NCBI GenBank assembly: GCA_030673645.1
Contig: DAOVIO010000001.1
Location: forward strand, 35,507-99,506
DNA: 64,000 nucleotides
Reading direction: 5' to 3'
DNA from: Bacteroidales bacterium
Lineage (GTDB): Bacteria > Bacteroidota > Bacteroidia > Bacteroidales > GCA-2748055
Part shown: piece after piece, positions 28,155-36,128 of the stretch
Layout of the letters: each line of letters starts with the position of its first letter
How positions within the stretch are numbered: position 1 is the first letter of the stretch
Notes under the pieces: model-generated
Databases searched by the model: none
What the model was told of the DNA's origin: nothing
What the model saw: only the letters and a program-made list of their open reading frames with translations
Program-made: the position numbers and the translations under genes

Positions 28155-30977
28155 ATGCCTAATAATCTCTTAGAAATCATTAGTTGGAATAAAGTTTTAT
28201 TCTTCCATCTAACTTTTCTTATGTGTTTTACGGATCCGATTATCCAGGCACAGGAAACTTATACCCCATACACCATTCGAATTGATATATCAAGAATAAG
28301 CAATCCAGATTGGTTTAATACCATGTATATTGCTGAAAGCACAATTACCAACTGGCAGTTTAAAGCCATGAATCAGGAATCAGAAAATGTTTATTATTAC
28401 TCTGATACTATATTGGAAGGAACTACAATCCGGCCAACGTTCTCTTACTCTGAAGGCTGGGGGACATCTGAAAGGGCACCAATTTGTGCCCAGGAGGGGA
28501 ATAGTTCGAGAACACAAACCATTACATCCGCAAATAATGATTTCACCTTTTTCTGGGATGAATATGATTGTGAAGATCAGGTTGAATTGGATATTCTGAA
28601 TGCAAAACCAACAGCAAATATCTTATTCTCAAAGGATAATCTGCTTGGAACAGTGGAACGCGAAGTATTGGGTCAGGGTCTTATCTACGACAAAGAACCT
28701 GATTCTCTTTGGTCAGCCCCAGAAGGGTTATTGTTCAAAGAAGTCAAAAACTTGTCGTCGGGTATTTTAAGATATCCTGGTGGTGTTGGAACCAATTACT
28801 ATCACTGGAATAATCCTACCGGAACCTATAAAGACGATAACTGGAATCCAAATTATAATACGAGCAATAATATTGATCCGGATTACTGGATGAGCGTGGA
28901 TGAGTATTTGTCTCTTTGCACCGAAATGGGAACAATTCCATTGCTGGGAGTTAATATTGAATCCGGCCTGGTTTATAATCGTGAACAAGATGGAATAGAT
29001 GAGGCGGTTTCCCTCGTGGAACATACAAAAGACTTAGGATTTGAAGGCGCATATTATTACCTTGGCAATGAGCCCTATGTTCTTGATAACAACGAGGTTG
29101 ATTTGTCAGCTACAGAATATGCCAATCGATTCTTAAGTTATGCAATTGCAATAAAAAATGCTGATCCGACTGCCAAAACCATCTTAAACTGGCATCGCTA
29201 TATCGCTGAGAAAACAGAAGAGCTCCATGAAATTTTTCAAATCGCTGGAGAATATATTGATGTGGTGGATTTTCACTGGTACTGGGAAAATGGAACGACA
29301 TCCTTTGCTGAGTGGCGCAACCAGCAGGGAATGAGAACCTCAGTCAGTAGTTTGGGTTATATAGGTGGAACCTATGAAGAAGATGCCAAAGCCTTTAAGG
29401 ATACCATGTCAGCGTGGGGTTATGAGGATGTGAAACTCGCTTCGTTGGAATACAATATTGGTAAAGGAAATTCATTCAATTATCCTTCAGAATCTGAAGT
29501 CTCCCTTATGGTAGGCGAGATGCTTCTTCAATTCATAAACGGTAGTGTTGATATAGCTTGCCTGTGGCCTATGCATTTCCCATTTCAATATTATTCTGAA
29601 TATAACAACGCAAGGACCTTATTTGCTGAAAACCGTGCTTTGGATAAAAACGCACTGTATGATGTTTTCCATTTCCTGAAAGATGTTCCGGGAAGGAAAT
29701 TAATTGGTTCATATTCCAACAATGAATGGGTATACGGTTTGGCTGTAGTAGATTCAGTAAGCGGGGAAGTTGAGTTATATCTACTGAATCGGGCAGATTC
29801 TCCTATTTCAGGTATTCTTCCACTTACTGCCGACTTGTTTGAACCCGGGAACCTGGAATTGAGCTCCATTCTTTCTTTTGTCGAAGGAGAGAACTATAGA
29901 GCTGATACCAGTGAAGGATTCTTTAACCTATCCAATGGGGATGTAAGTGTAGAACTTCCGGCCTTTTCAATAACAAGAATAGCACTTCCTCCAACAGACT
30001 CTTTGTACAAGAAGCAATCATATAATGTAGAGTTCGAAATTCTTGATAAAGAGAATGGACTGCCGGTTTCCAATTGTACGCTCGATTTTAACGGTATGCA
30101 GCTGATTACTGATGATCAGGGCAAAGCGAATCTTGTAAATCTGGATTATGGTGAATACTCCCTGTCACTTTTGGCAAATGGCTATGGCACCAGAACAATT
30201 AACAGGATTGAGATCATATCCGACTCAAGTTTTACATTCTATATGACTGAAGAAAATAATGAGTTTTCAGTCACCCTCAAAGTTCTTGACCGGGCATCAG
30301 GGATTCCTGTGAACAGGGCGATAGTAAATTTTAACAATGAACTCGGGAATACAAATAGTTCTGGTGAATTATTTATTGATAAGATGGAAATGTGTGAAAT
30401 GATCTATAGTATAGAACACTCTGACTATTTTGTCTTTACCAGCTCCTCTGTAATTGCAAGCGATACAATTTTGATCATAGAGTTGACAAGGAAGCTGGCA
30501 GACATCCAGTTTGAAGTCAGTAATTCAGAAGGTCCAATTAGTAATGCGTCTGTAAAAATTAATGATTATTCAATATCTACGGATTTCCTGGGAGTTGTTT
30601 TTATGGATAAACAACCTGCCCGAGTGGAATATCGCTATAGCATACAGGAATCAGGATATAAGTTTGTTGAGGATACTTTCTTCCTGGAGATTGATACTAT
30701 TATAAAGGTATTGCTTGAACCAGCGACAGGATTAGATAACGAGCCCTTAGGACAGCTAAAAATTTATCCAAATCCTGTATCTGATATATTATACATAAAA
30801 TCTACTTACTTAGAAGCCCAGGTAAGCCTGATAAGTTTGGATGGTAAAACTGTACTGAAGAAATTACTAAATGAAAATGGAAGTATTGACATATCCGGAA
30901 TCTCTGAAGGATATTACTTTTTGAAAGTGCAGACAAAATCTATTAGTAAATCATTTAAAATGTTAATTATCAGATAA
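28155..30977 (+). CDS. T9SS-secreted clan GH-A-like glycoside hydrolase (GH51/GH79/GH39-like motifs) with ~3 CarboxypepD_reg-like domains and a T9SS CTD
   Basis: Carries 'GILRYPGGVGTNYYHWNNP' (LRxPGG block), 'YYYLGNEPY' (acid/base-type NEP) and 'LASLEYNIG' (candidate nucleophile). The repeated modules are 'FEILDKENGLPVSNCTLDFNG...', 'LKVLDRASGIPVNRAIVNFN...' and 'FEVSNSEGPISNASVKIND...'. The CTD is 'LKIYPNPVSDILYIKS...GYYFLKV'. The track starts at TTG 28119; the ATG is at 28155. Confidence 0.55.
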   Translation: MPNNLLEIISWNKVLFFHLTFLMCFTDPIIQAQETYTPYTIRIDISRISNPDWFNTMYIAESTITNWQFKAMNQESENVYYYSDTILEGTTIRPTFSYSEGWGTSERAPICAQEGNSSRTQTITSANNDFTFFWDEYDCEDQVELDILNAKPTANILFSKDNLLGTVEREVLGQGLIYDKEPDSLWSAPEGLLFKEVKNLSSGILRYPGGVGTNYYHWNNPTGTYKDDNWNPNYNTSNNIDPDYWMSVDEYLSLCTEMGTIPLLGVNIESGLVYNREQDGIDEAVSLVEHTKDLGFEGAYYYLGNEPYVLDNNEVDLSATEYANRFLSYAIAIKNADPTAKTILNWHRYIAEKTEELHEIFQIAGEYIDVVDFHWYWENGTTSFAEWRNQQGMRTSVSSLGYIGGTYEEDAKAFKDTMSAWGYEDVKLASLEYNIGKGNSFNYPSESEVSLMVGEMLLQFINGSVDIACLWPMHFPFQYYSEYNNARTLFAENRALDKNALYDVFHFLKDVPGRKLIGSYSNNEWVYGLAVVDSVSGEVELYLLNRADSPISGILPLTADLFEPGNLELSSILSFVEGENYRADTSEGFFNLSNGDVSVELPAFSITRIALPPTDSLYKKQSYNVEFEILDKENGLPVSNCTLDFNGMQLITDDQGKANLVNLDYGEYSLSLLANGYGTRTINRIEIISDSSFTFYMTEENNEFSVTLKVLDRASGIPVNRAIVNFNNELGNTNSSGELFIDKMEMCEMIYSIEHSDYFVFTSSSVIASDTILIIELTRKLADIQFEVSNSEGPISNASVKINDYSISTDFLGVVFMDKQPARVEYRYSIQESGYKFVEDTFFLEIDTIIKVLLEPATGLDNEPLGQLKIYPNPVSDILYIKSTYLEAQVSLISLDGKTVLKKLLNENGSIDISGISEGYYFLKVQTKSISKSFKMLIIR

Positions 30978-30995
30978 TTTAAAAAGCCGAAAATT

Positions 30996-32741
30996 ATGAA
31001 AAAAGGGATATCAATAACGGTCATTTTATTATTTATAATTAGCCAGGTGGTTTTCAACCAGGATAATTTTATTTATAATGAAAATGGAAGATTATATCAT
31101 CCAAATGGAGAAGAAGTTGCTCTTTGGGGAGTTAACCTTCAGCCAATGCTTTCATGGGAATACAGGCTTTTAAAAGGAGCAGGTGTACAGAAAGATGCTG
31201 AGTCAATTAACAGGGCCACCGATGAAAGTCTTGATGAACTTGAACTCTTAGGTTGCAGACTAATTCGCTGTCATCTCACCCCGGCAGATTTTACAGACGA
31301 TAAAGGCAATCTGGTTGAGACAGTATTTCTGGATGCTTTGGATTATATGGTAGCTGAAGCTGCCAAAAGAAACATCTATCTGTACATTACTTTTATAAAC
31401 CATATGGGAAGTGGAGAAGTGAAAAATTCATTTATGCAGGGGTATAAAAAAGACCGGGTCAAGTGGATTGCAGATAAAGAATTCGTAAAAAAATCAAAAA
31501 ACTATGTTACGCAACTTCTCAACAGGGAAAACAAGTATTCAAAATTCCAGTACAAAGCAGATTCTGCTGTCGCTGTATGGGAAATTATCAATGAACCTGA
31601 CTATTTAAAATACGACACCATTCTAAGTGGTCCATATGCAAAGCAATACAAAAAATGGCTTAAGCGAAATAAGTTAAAGGATGGTAAATTCACATTTTTT
31701 AAATACAGGCAGGAAATGGTATTAAACTATATCAATGAAATGTATAATGTGGTGCGCAAAACAGGTGCCAAACAACCCGTTTCCTGGTGCTGCAATTGGC
31801 ACAGAATGATCATTGGTCATGAAGATGTCTTTGATGCCATTTCACAATCAAAGGTGGAGGCTGTATCATTCTGTAATTATCCCGGACAAAGCGTTTGCAA
31901 ACATCCTTATTATGAAAATCCTCAAGATCTTACAAAATATAATTATTCCGACTGGTATGTAGATTGTTATGAAAAGGAAGAGTATTATGGATGGACGTTG
32001 AAACCGGAATTTCAAAGCAAAGCTAAACTGGTATATGAATTTGAGACATTTTATAATCAAAGTGCTTATTTATATCCTGTAATGGCCGACTTCTTCAGAT
32101 CTATGGGAGTGCAAATGGCTGCAATGTGGCAATATAGCATGCCTGCATATGCAGAGTACAGGGGAGGTTCTCATGTGCTCAACATCAAGTGTACTCCTGC
32201 CAAGGCTGCATCTTTTGCTGTTGCGGGAAAGATATTTGAAGAAACTTCCCTGCTTCAACCCTATCATATAGAATCAACTACAGAATGGCAGACAAACAAG
32301 TATATGTATTCCTATAAAAAGAATGTGAGTGCCTTCAGTGACGATAATTATTTTTACCATTCTGCGGATATTGATAATGATTTTAAACTTCAAGCTTCTT
32401 CCTCTGTAAAAGAGATCTTTGGATATGGAAATTCACCCCTGGTTAATTATACAGGAACTAGTAATTATATAATTAAAATATCAGATAAAGAATTGGATAT
32501 TACTATTCATCCTGATGTCAGATACCGAAGAGAGCTATGGAAACTTCACAATATGGACTGGGGCCCTGTCACTACTTTGGATAGCAGCGAGAATCGCACC
32601 TTAAAATTGAATCTTAACAACTGGAGTAAAGGAAAGTATACTCTATATGAAATCAAAGATGGTGTGCGTCAGAAAAAAGGTACAATGAATGAACTTACAA
32701 TGTTTTTGAATCCCGGGCACTATCTGGTAGTTAAAGAATAA
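30996..32741 (+). CDS. Secreted unassigned clan GH-A-like (beta/alpha)8 hydrolase plus C-terminal beta-sandwich; paralogue C
   Basis: Has a signal peptide, 'RLIRCHLTPADF', 'VWEIINEP', 'KVEAVSFCNYPGQSV' and 'AKLVYEFETFYNQSAYLYP...MWQYSMPAY'. It is collinear with 4621.. and the N-terminus of 10007... Confidence 0.6.
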   Translation: MKKGISITVILLFIISQVVFNQDNFIYNENGRLYHPNGEEVALWGVNLQPMLSWEYRLLKGAGVQKDAESINRATDESLDELELLGCRLIRCHLTPADFTDDKGNLVETVFLDALDYMVAEAAKRNIYLYITFINHMGSGEVKNSFMQGYKKDRVKWIADKEFVKKSKNYVTQLLNRENKYSKFQYKADSAVAVWEIINEPDYLKYDTILSGPYAKQYKKWLKRNKLKDGKFTFFKYRQEMVLNYINEMYNVVRKTGAKQPVSWCCNWHRMIIGHEDVFDAISQSKVEAVSFCNYPGQSVCKHPYYENPQDLTKYNYSDWYVDCYEKEEYYGWTLKPEFQSKAKLVYEFETFYNQSAYLYPVMADFFRSMGVQMAAMWQYSMPAYAEYRGGSHVLNIKCTPAKAASFAVAGKIFEETSLLQPYHIESTTEWQTNKYMYSYKKNVSAFSDDNYFYHSADIDNDFKLQASSSVKEIFGYGNSPLVNYTGTSNYIIKISDKELDITIHPDVRYRRELWKLHNMDWGPVTTLDSSENRTLKLNLNNWSKGKYTLYEIKDGVRQKKGTMNELTMFLNPGHYLVVKE

Positions 32742-32789
32742 CGAATAAAGCCAGGTTTTGAATATAAATTTTTAAAGAATTCTTGAAAT

Positions 32790-34184
32790 ATGAAAAATAG
32801 AACCATTCTTAATCATTGTTTACTCGGATTTGCTGTGTTATCCTCTTCATGCTTGTCAAAAAAAGATAACAAAAAAGAAGTTCCGGAAAGGCCCAATGTG
32901 GTAATAATCTTTTTAGACGATTCCGGATTTTCAGATTTTGAACCTTTCCAGGGGTCTGAAAACATAACTCCAAATGTTAGCAAACTAGCGAAAGAGGGAA
33001 CTGTTTTTACCAACTTCAGGGTTCCACAGGCCATTTGTTCTGCCTCCCGGGCAGCATTAATGACCGGGTGCTATCCAGGAAGGACTAAAGTATTTGGAGC
33101 ACATGCACCAAGAGAGAAGGGTTTGGATCCTGAATTTGCTATCCTCTCAGAACAATTGAAGCTAAATGGCTATGCCACAGGATTCTATGGCAAATGGCAC
33201 TTGGGAGATCAACCTGAAACCAGGCCTCATAATCGGGGATTTGATAAATCGGCCGGGTTAATGTATTCTAACGATATGTGGAAACATCATCCTTCAGATC
33301 CGGAATTTTGGGGTAAATACCCACTCTCGTATTGGGAAAACGGAGAAATTAGTATTGAAGATGTTGATTCCTCAAAGCAAAAAATGCTTAGCAAATGGAG
33401 CACCGAATTTTCCTTAAATTTTATAGAAGAACACAAAGATGAACCCTTTTTTCTCTACCTGGCCTATTCAATGCCCCATGTACCCATCTTTTGTAGCGAT
33501 GAATTTGAAGGAAAGTCGGGAAAAGGACTATACGGAGATGTGATTATGGAACTTGATGACGGAATAGGCAGACTATTGCACAAGTTGAAAGACTTAGGTT
33601 TGGATGAAAATACTATGATCGTTTTTACCTCCGATAATGGTCCCTGGTCCGTATATGGAAACCATGCCGGCCGAACACCTTTTAAAGAAGCCAAAGCAAC
33701 AAGCTTCGATGGGGGTTTAAAATCAGCACTGATTGTAAAGTTTCCCGGCAGGATACCGAAAGGAGAAACATCAGATAAATTTCTGTACTCCATAGATTTA
33801 TTTCCAACAATTTGTGCTCTGACAAATAGTCCCCTTCCTGAAAATGAAATTGATGGCGAAAATATAGATAGTATCCTGACCGGAGAATCCGATATGTCCT
33901 ATAAAAGACCATATTATGCGTTTTCTACCGGAACTACTTTCGAAGGAGTTTTCTCTTCGGATGGACGATGGAAGTTGCATCTTCCTCACGGATACCGTTC
34001 AGTCAGGGAGTTCGGAAATGATGGCAAGCCCGGTAAGTATGATCAGAAAAATATTGAGTTAACACTTTATGATTTACAAAATGATCCTTATGAAACCATA
34101 GATGTAAAAGATAAATATCCTGAAATATTAGAAAACCTGTTGAAAAATGCAGAATTGCACAAATCCAGATTTTATTCCAATTGA
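32790..34184 (+). CDS. S1 sulfatase with variant C-S-A-S-R maturation motif, lipoprotein
   Basis: Has the lipobox 'LSSSC', 'VVIIFLDDSGFSD', 'CSASRAALMTGCYP' (33036-33050; Ala replaces the usual Pro), 'GKWHLG' and 'FTSDNGP'. Confidence 0.85.
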   Translation: MKNRTILNHCLLGFAVLSSSCLSKKDNKKEVPERPNVVIIFLDDSGFSDFEPFQGSENITPNVSKLAKEGTVFTNFRVPQAICSASRAALMTGCYPGRTKVFGAHAPREKGLDPEFAILSEQLKLNGYATGFYGKWHLGDQPETRPHNRGFDKSAGLMYSNDMWKHHPSDPEFWGKYPLSYWENGEISIEDVDSSKQKMLSKWSTEFSLNFIEEHKDEPFFLYLAYSMPHVPIFCSDEFEGKSGKGLYGDVIMELDDGIGRLLHKLKDLGLDENTMIVFTSDNGPWSVYGNHAGRTPFKEAKATSFDGGLKSALIVKFPGRIPKGETSDKFLYSIDLFPTICALTNSPLPENEIDGENIDSILTGESDMSYKRPYYAFSTGTTFEGVFSSDGRWKLHLPHGYRSVREFGNDGKPGKYDQKNIELTLYDLQNDPYETIDVKDKYPEILENLLKNAELHKSRFYSN

Positions 34185-34332
34185 ATTCATTATCATCCTT
34201 CTCCGGAAAATCTACCTAATCTGATAAAAAGTTATTACCAATAATTAGTATTTGGCAAGATTTTAATAGGAATATGCGTACCAGATATATATTTTTGTAA
34301 AATGTCTTAAATAGTTGATAAGTCTGATTATT

Positions 34333-35637
34333 ATGCAAATAAAACTGATTCCCATACTGGTCGTAATGCAACTCATTACGAATTCATCCTATGCTCAGAC
34401 GGACACCATAAGTGAGAATTTTAATAATATTTGCGAGCTAACCAGTACTCCGGGAAGAACATATGCTATTGAATATACAGGTGAGAATGAAATAAATTGG
34501 AGTATTAAAACCCTTTATTCCTCCTCTTCATGGTGGGGTGGTTTAAATGATGATGGGAGTCATATTGATGGGACTATTCATTGTGGAAGCCTTCAATGGG
34601 ATGAAAGTAACTCAGGCTATGCAAGAGCAATTCTTCCGAATGGAATCTCCTCCCTCTCATTCCAGATGGTATATGGGTTTCAATTGGTTGGAGGATATGT
34701 AAAGATAATGATCAATGGGATTGAGATAGGCCGAACTGAAATTCTGGCAGATACAGAAGTGCATACCTACGACTTTCCTGTAAATGCTGCCGGTTCTCTT
34801 GATCTGGAGTTAATACCTGTTGTAGAAAGCTCAATTCCTGGGGGGATTATCGTAGATAACCTGACAATTATAGAATCTGATTTGGAAACTCCGTTTTTTA
34901 GTGTAGAAAAACTGGATGATTTTGATCCATGGATGGACACTCTTAGTAGTTCTTCTGAAAGTGTGCATTTACACTTGTTTGCTGAGCATTGTTTATATGT
35001 AAACGGAGAGTATGTAGAATATTTTGACCTGGCTGATGATGTGGATCTAACGATTGGATCTGTCATAGACCTTATTCCTGGCGATTCGATTAATCTATTC
35101 TACAATGGAACTGTTCTTCCAGGTGTCGGCCATACAACAGGAAAATCTGCCTTCGATCTGTATTTCCCGGCAAATATCAGCACAAATTCAATTGAATATG
35201 ATACTTCTGAGGGTATGGACACCCTGAATGGAGTTGTATCTTTTATTAATGGAAATATAGATTTAGATCTGGTTATATTTAAGATTTCTGATTTGAAAAA
35301 TGAATACCATATTAATTATAATTTTGAATCATTTAAACCAGAACCTATAGATACCGTAGCCACCGGTTTAGAAAAAAGGATTCAAAATCCTATTTCTGCA
35401 GTGAAATTATATCCTAATCCAATACAGAATCACGCCTATTTTGAAACCAGTAAGAATCTGGATTATTTCGAATTATTTGATATGCATGGAAAGCGAATCT
35501 TTATTGAAAGAAATCCACAACTGACCGGAGATGGGCATTACAAGCTGGATATTGAATCATTGGATATAGGTTTGAGTATTATACGTTTCACATATAAGGA
35601 TAACACCTTTGATGCACTGAAGGTGATGGTGCAATAA
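34333..35637 (+). CDS. T9SS cargo protein of unknown function (N-terminal beta-sandwich-like region, C-terminal T9SS CTD)
   Basis: The signal peptide is 'MQIKLIPILVVMQLITNSSYAQ'. The CTD is 'VKLYPNPIQNHAYFETS...FELFDMHGKRIF...LDIGLSIIRF'. I recognise no catalytic motif. The track starts at TTG 34315. Confidence 0.5.
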   Translation: MQIKLIPILVVMQLITNSSYAQTDTISENFNNICELTSTPGRTYAIEYTGENEINWSIKTLYSSSSWWGGLNDDGSHIDGTIHCGSLQWDESNSGYARAILPNGISSLSFQMVYGFQLVGGYVKIMINGIEIGRTEILADTEVHTYDFPVNAAGSLDLELIPVVESSIPGGIIVDNLTIIESDLETPFFSVEKLDDFDPWMDTLSSSSESVHLHLFAEHCLYVNGEYVEYFDLADDVDLTIGSVIDLIPGDSINLFYNGTVLPGVGHTTGKSAFDLYFPANISTNSIEYDTSEGMDTLNGVVSFINGNIDLDLVIFKISDLKNEYHINYNFESFKPEPIDTVATGLEKRIQNPISAVKLYPNPIQNHAYFETSKNLDYFELFDMHGKRIFIERNPQLTGDGHYKLDIESLDIGLSIIRFTYKDNTFDALKVMVQ

Positions 35638-36062
35638 ATTAATCTCTAACATATTAATAGGAAAACCTATGATATATTTTCGTATTGAATCTTTCCCATC
35701 TTTTATCCTCAGCTTTTATTTCCTGCACAACATTCTCATTACATTAAAGAAATAGTTATCAATTATAGATCATTGCTTAGCTTTTAGGAGGGCATCTTGT
35801 ACCCCTGGCTTCCAAGGGCAAGTTGGTTTATAAATAATTCATATCTCACAGCTTCCTATTCTACCAATGTTGAATTTTATTATTAGAAACCTATTGTCTC
35901 CATAACCTGTCAATAGAATCATTTCAATTGCTAACATCTGAGTATATTGTTAGGAATGAAGCTTTGAATATAGCCATTCTGGATTGATTGGAAATATGGA
36001 ACACAATGATAATTAATTCCATATAAATCGGAAGATTAATGAAACTTATTCTTGCCAATGGG

Positions 36063-36099
36063 ATAAAAAAAAGAGGTTGGCCTAATGGTCAACCTCTTT
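36063..36099 (-). terminator. Rho-independent terminator of the 1317-aa minus-strand gene
   Basis: A 10-bp perfect stem pairs 36070-36079 'aaagaggttg' with 36090-36099 'caacctcttt', with two more C:G pairs inside. On the minus strand it is followed by a T-run (36065-36069). It lies 30 nt downstream of the stop at 36129. Confidence 0.65.
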
Positions 36100-36128
36100 A
36101 AAGAAAAAATATTGTTATGAAAAACTTA

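Noticed and set aside
3527-35637. Naming the substrate outright (fucoidan, carrageenan, ulvan, porphyran, GAG, sulfated mannan)
   Set aside because: I could not recognise marker enzymes for the known pathways. The mannoside and xylanase-like hints are indirect. I kept this as a hypothesis in the findings rather than an annotation.
35655-35690. Weak hairpin 'atagg aaaa cctat' followed by a T-rich stretch after gene 34333-35637, considered as a terminator
   Set aside because: The stem is only 5 bp and AT-rich, which is not distinguishable from background.
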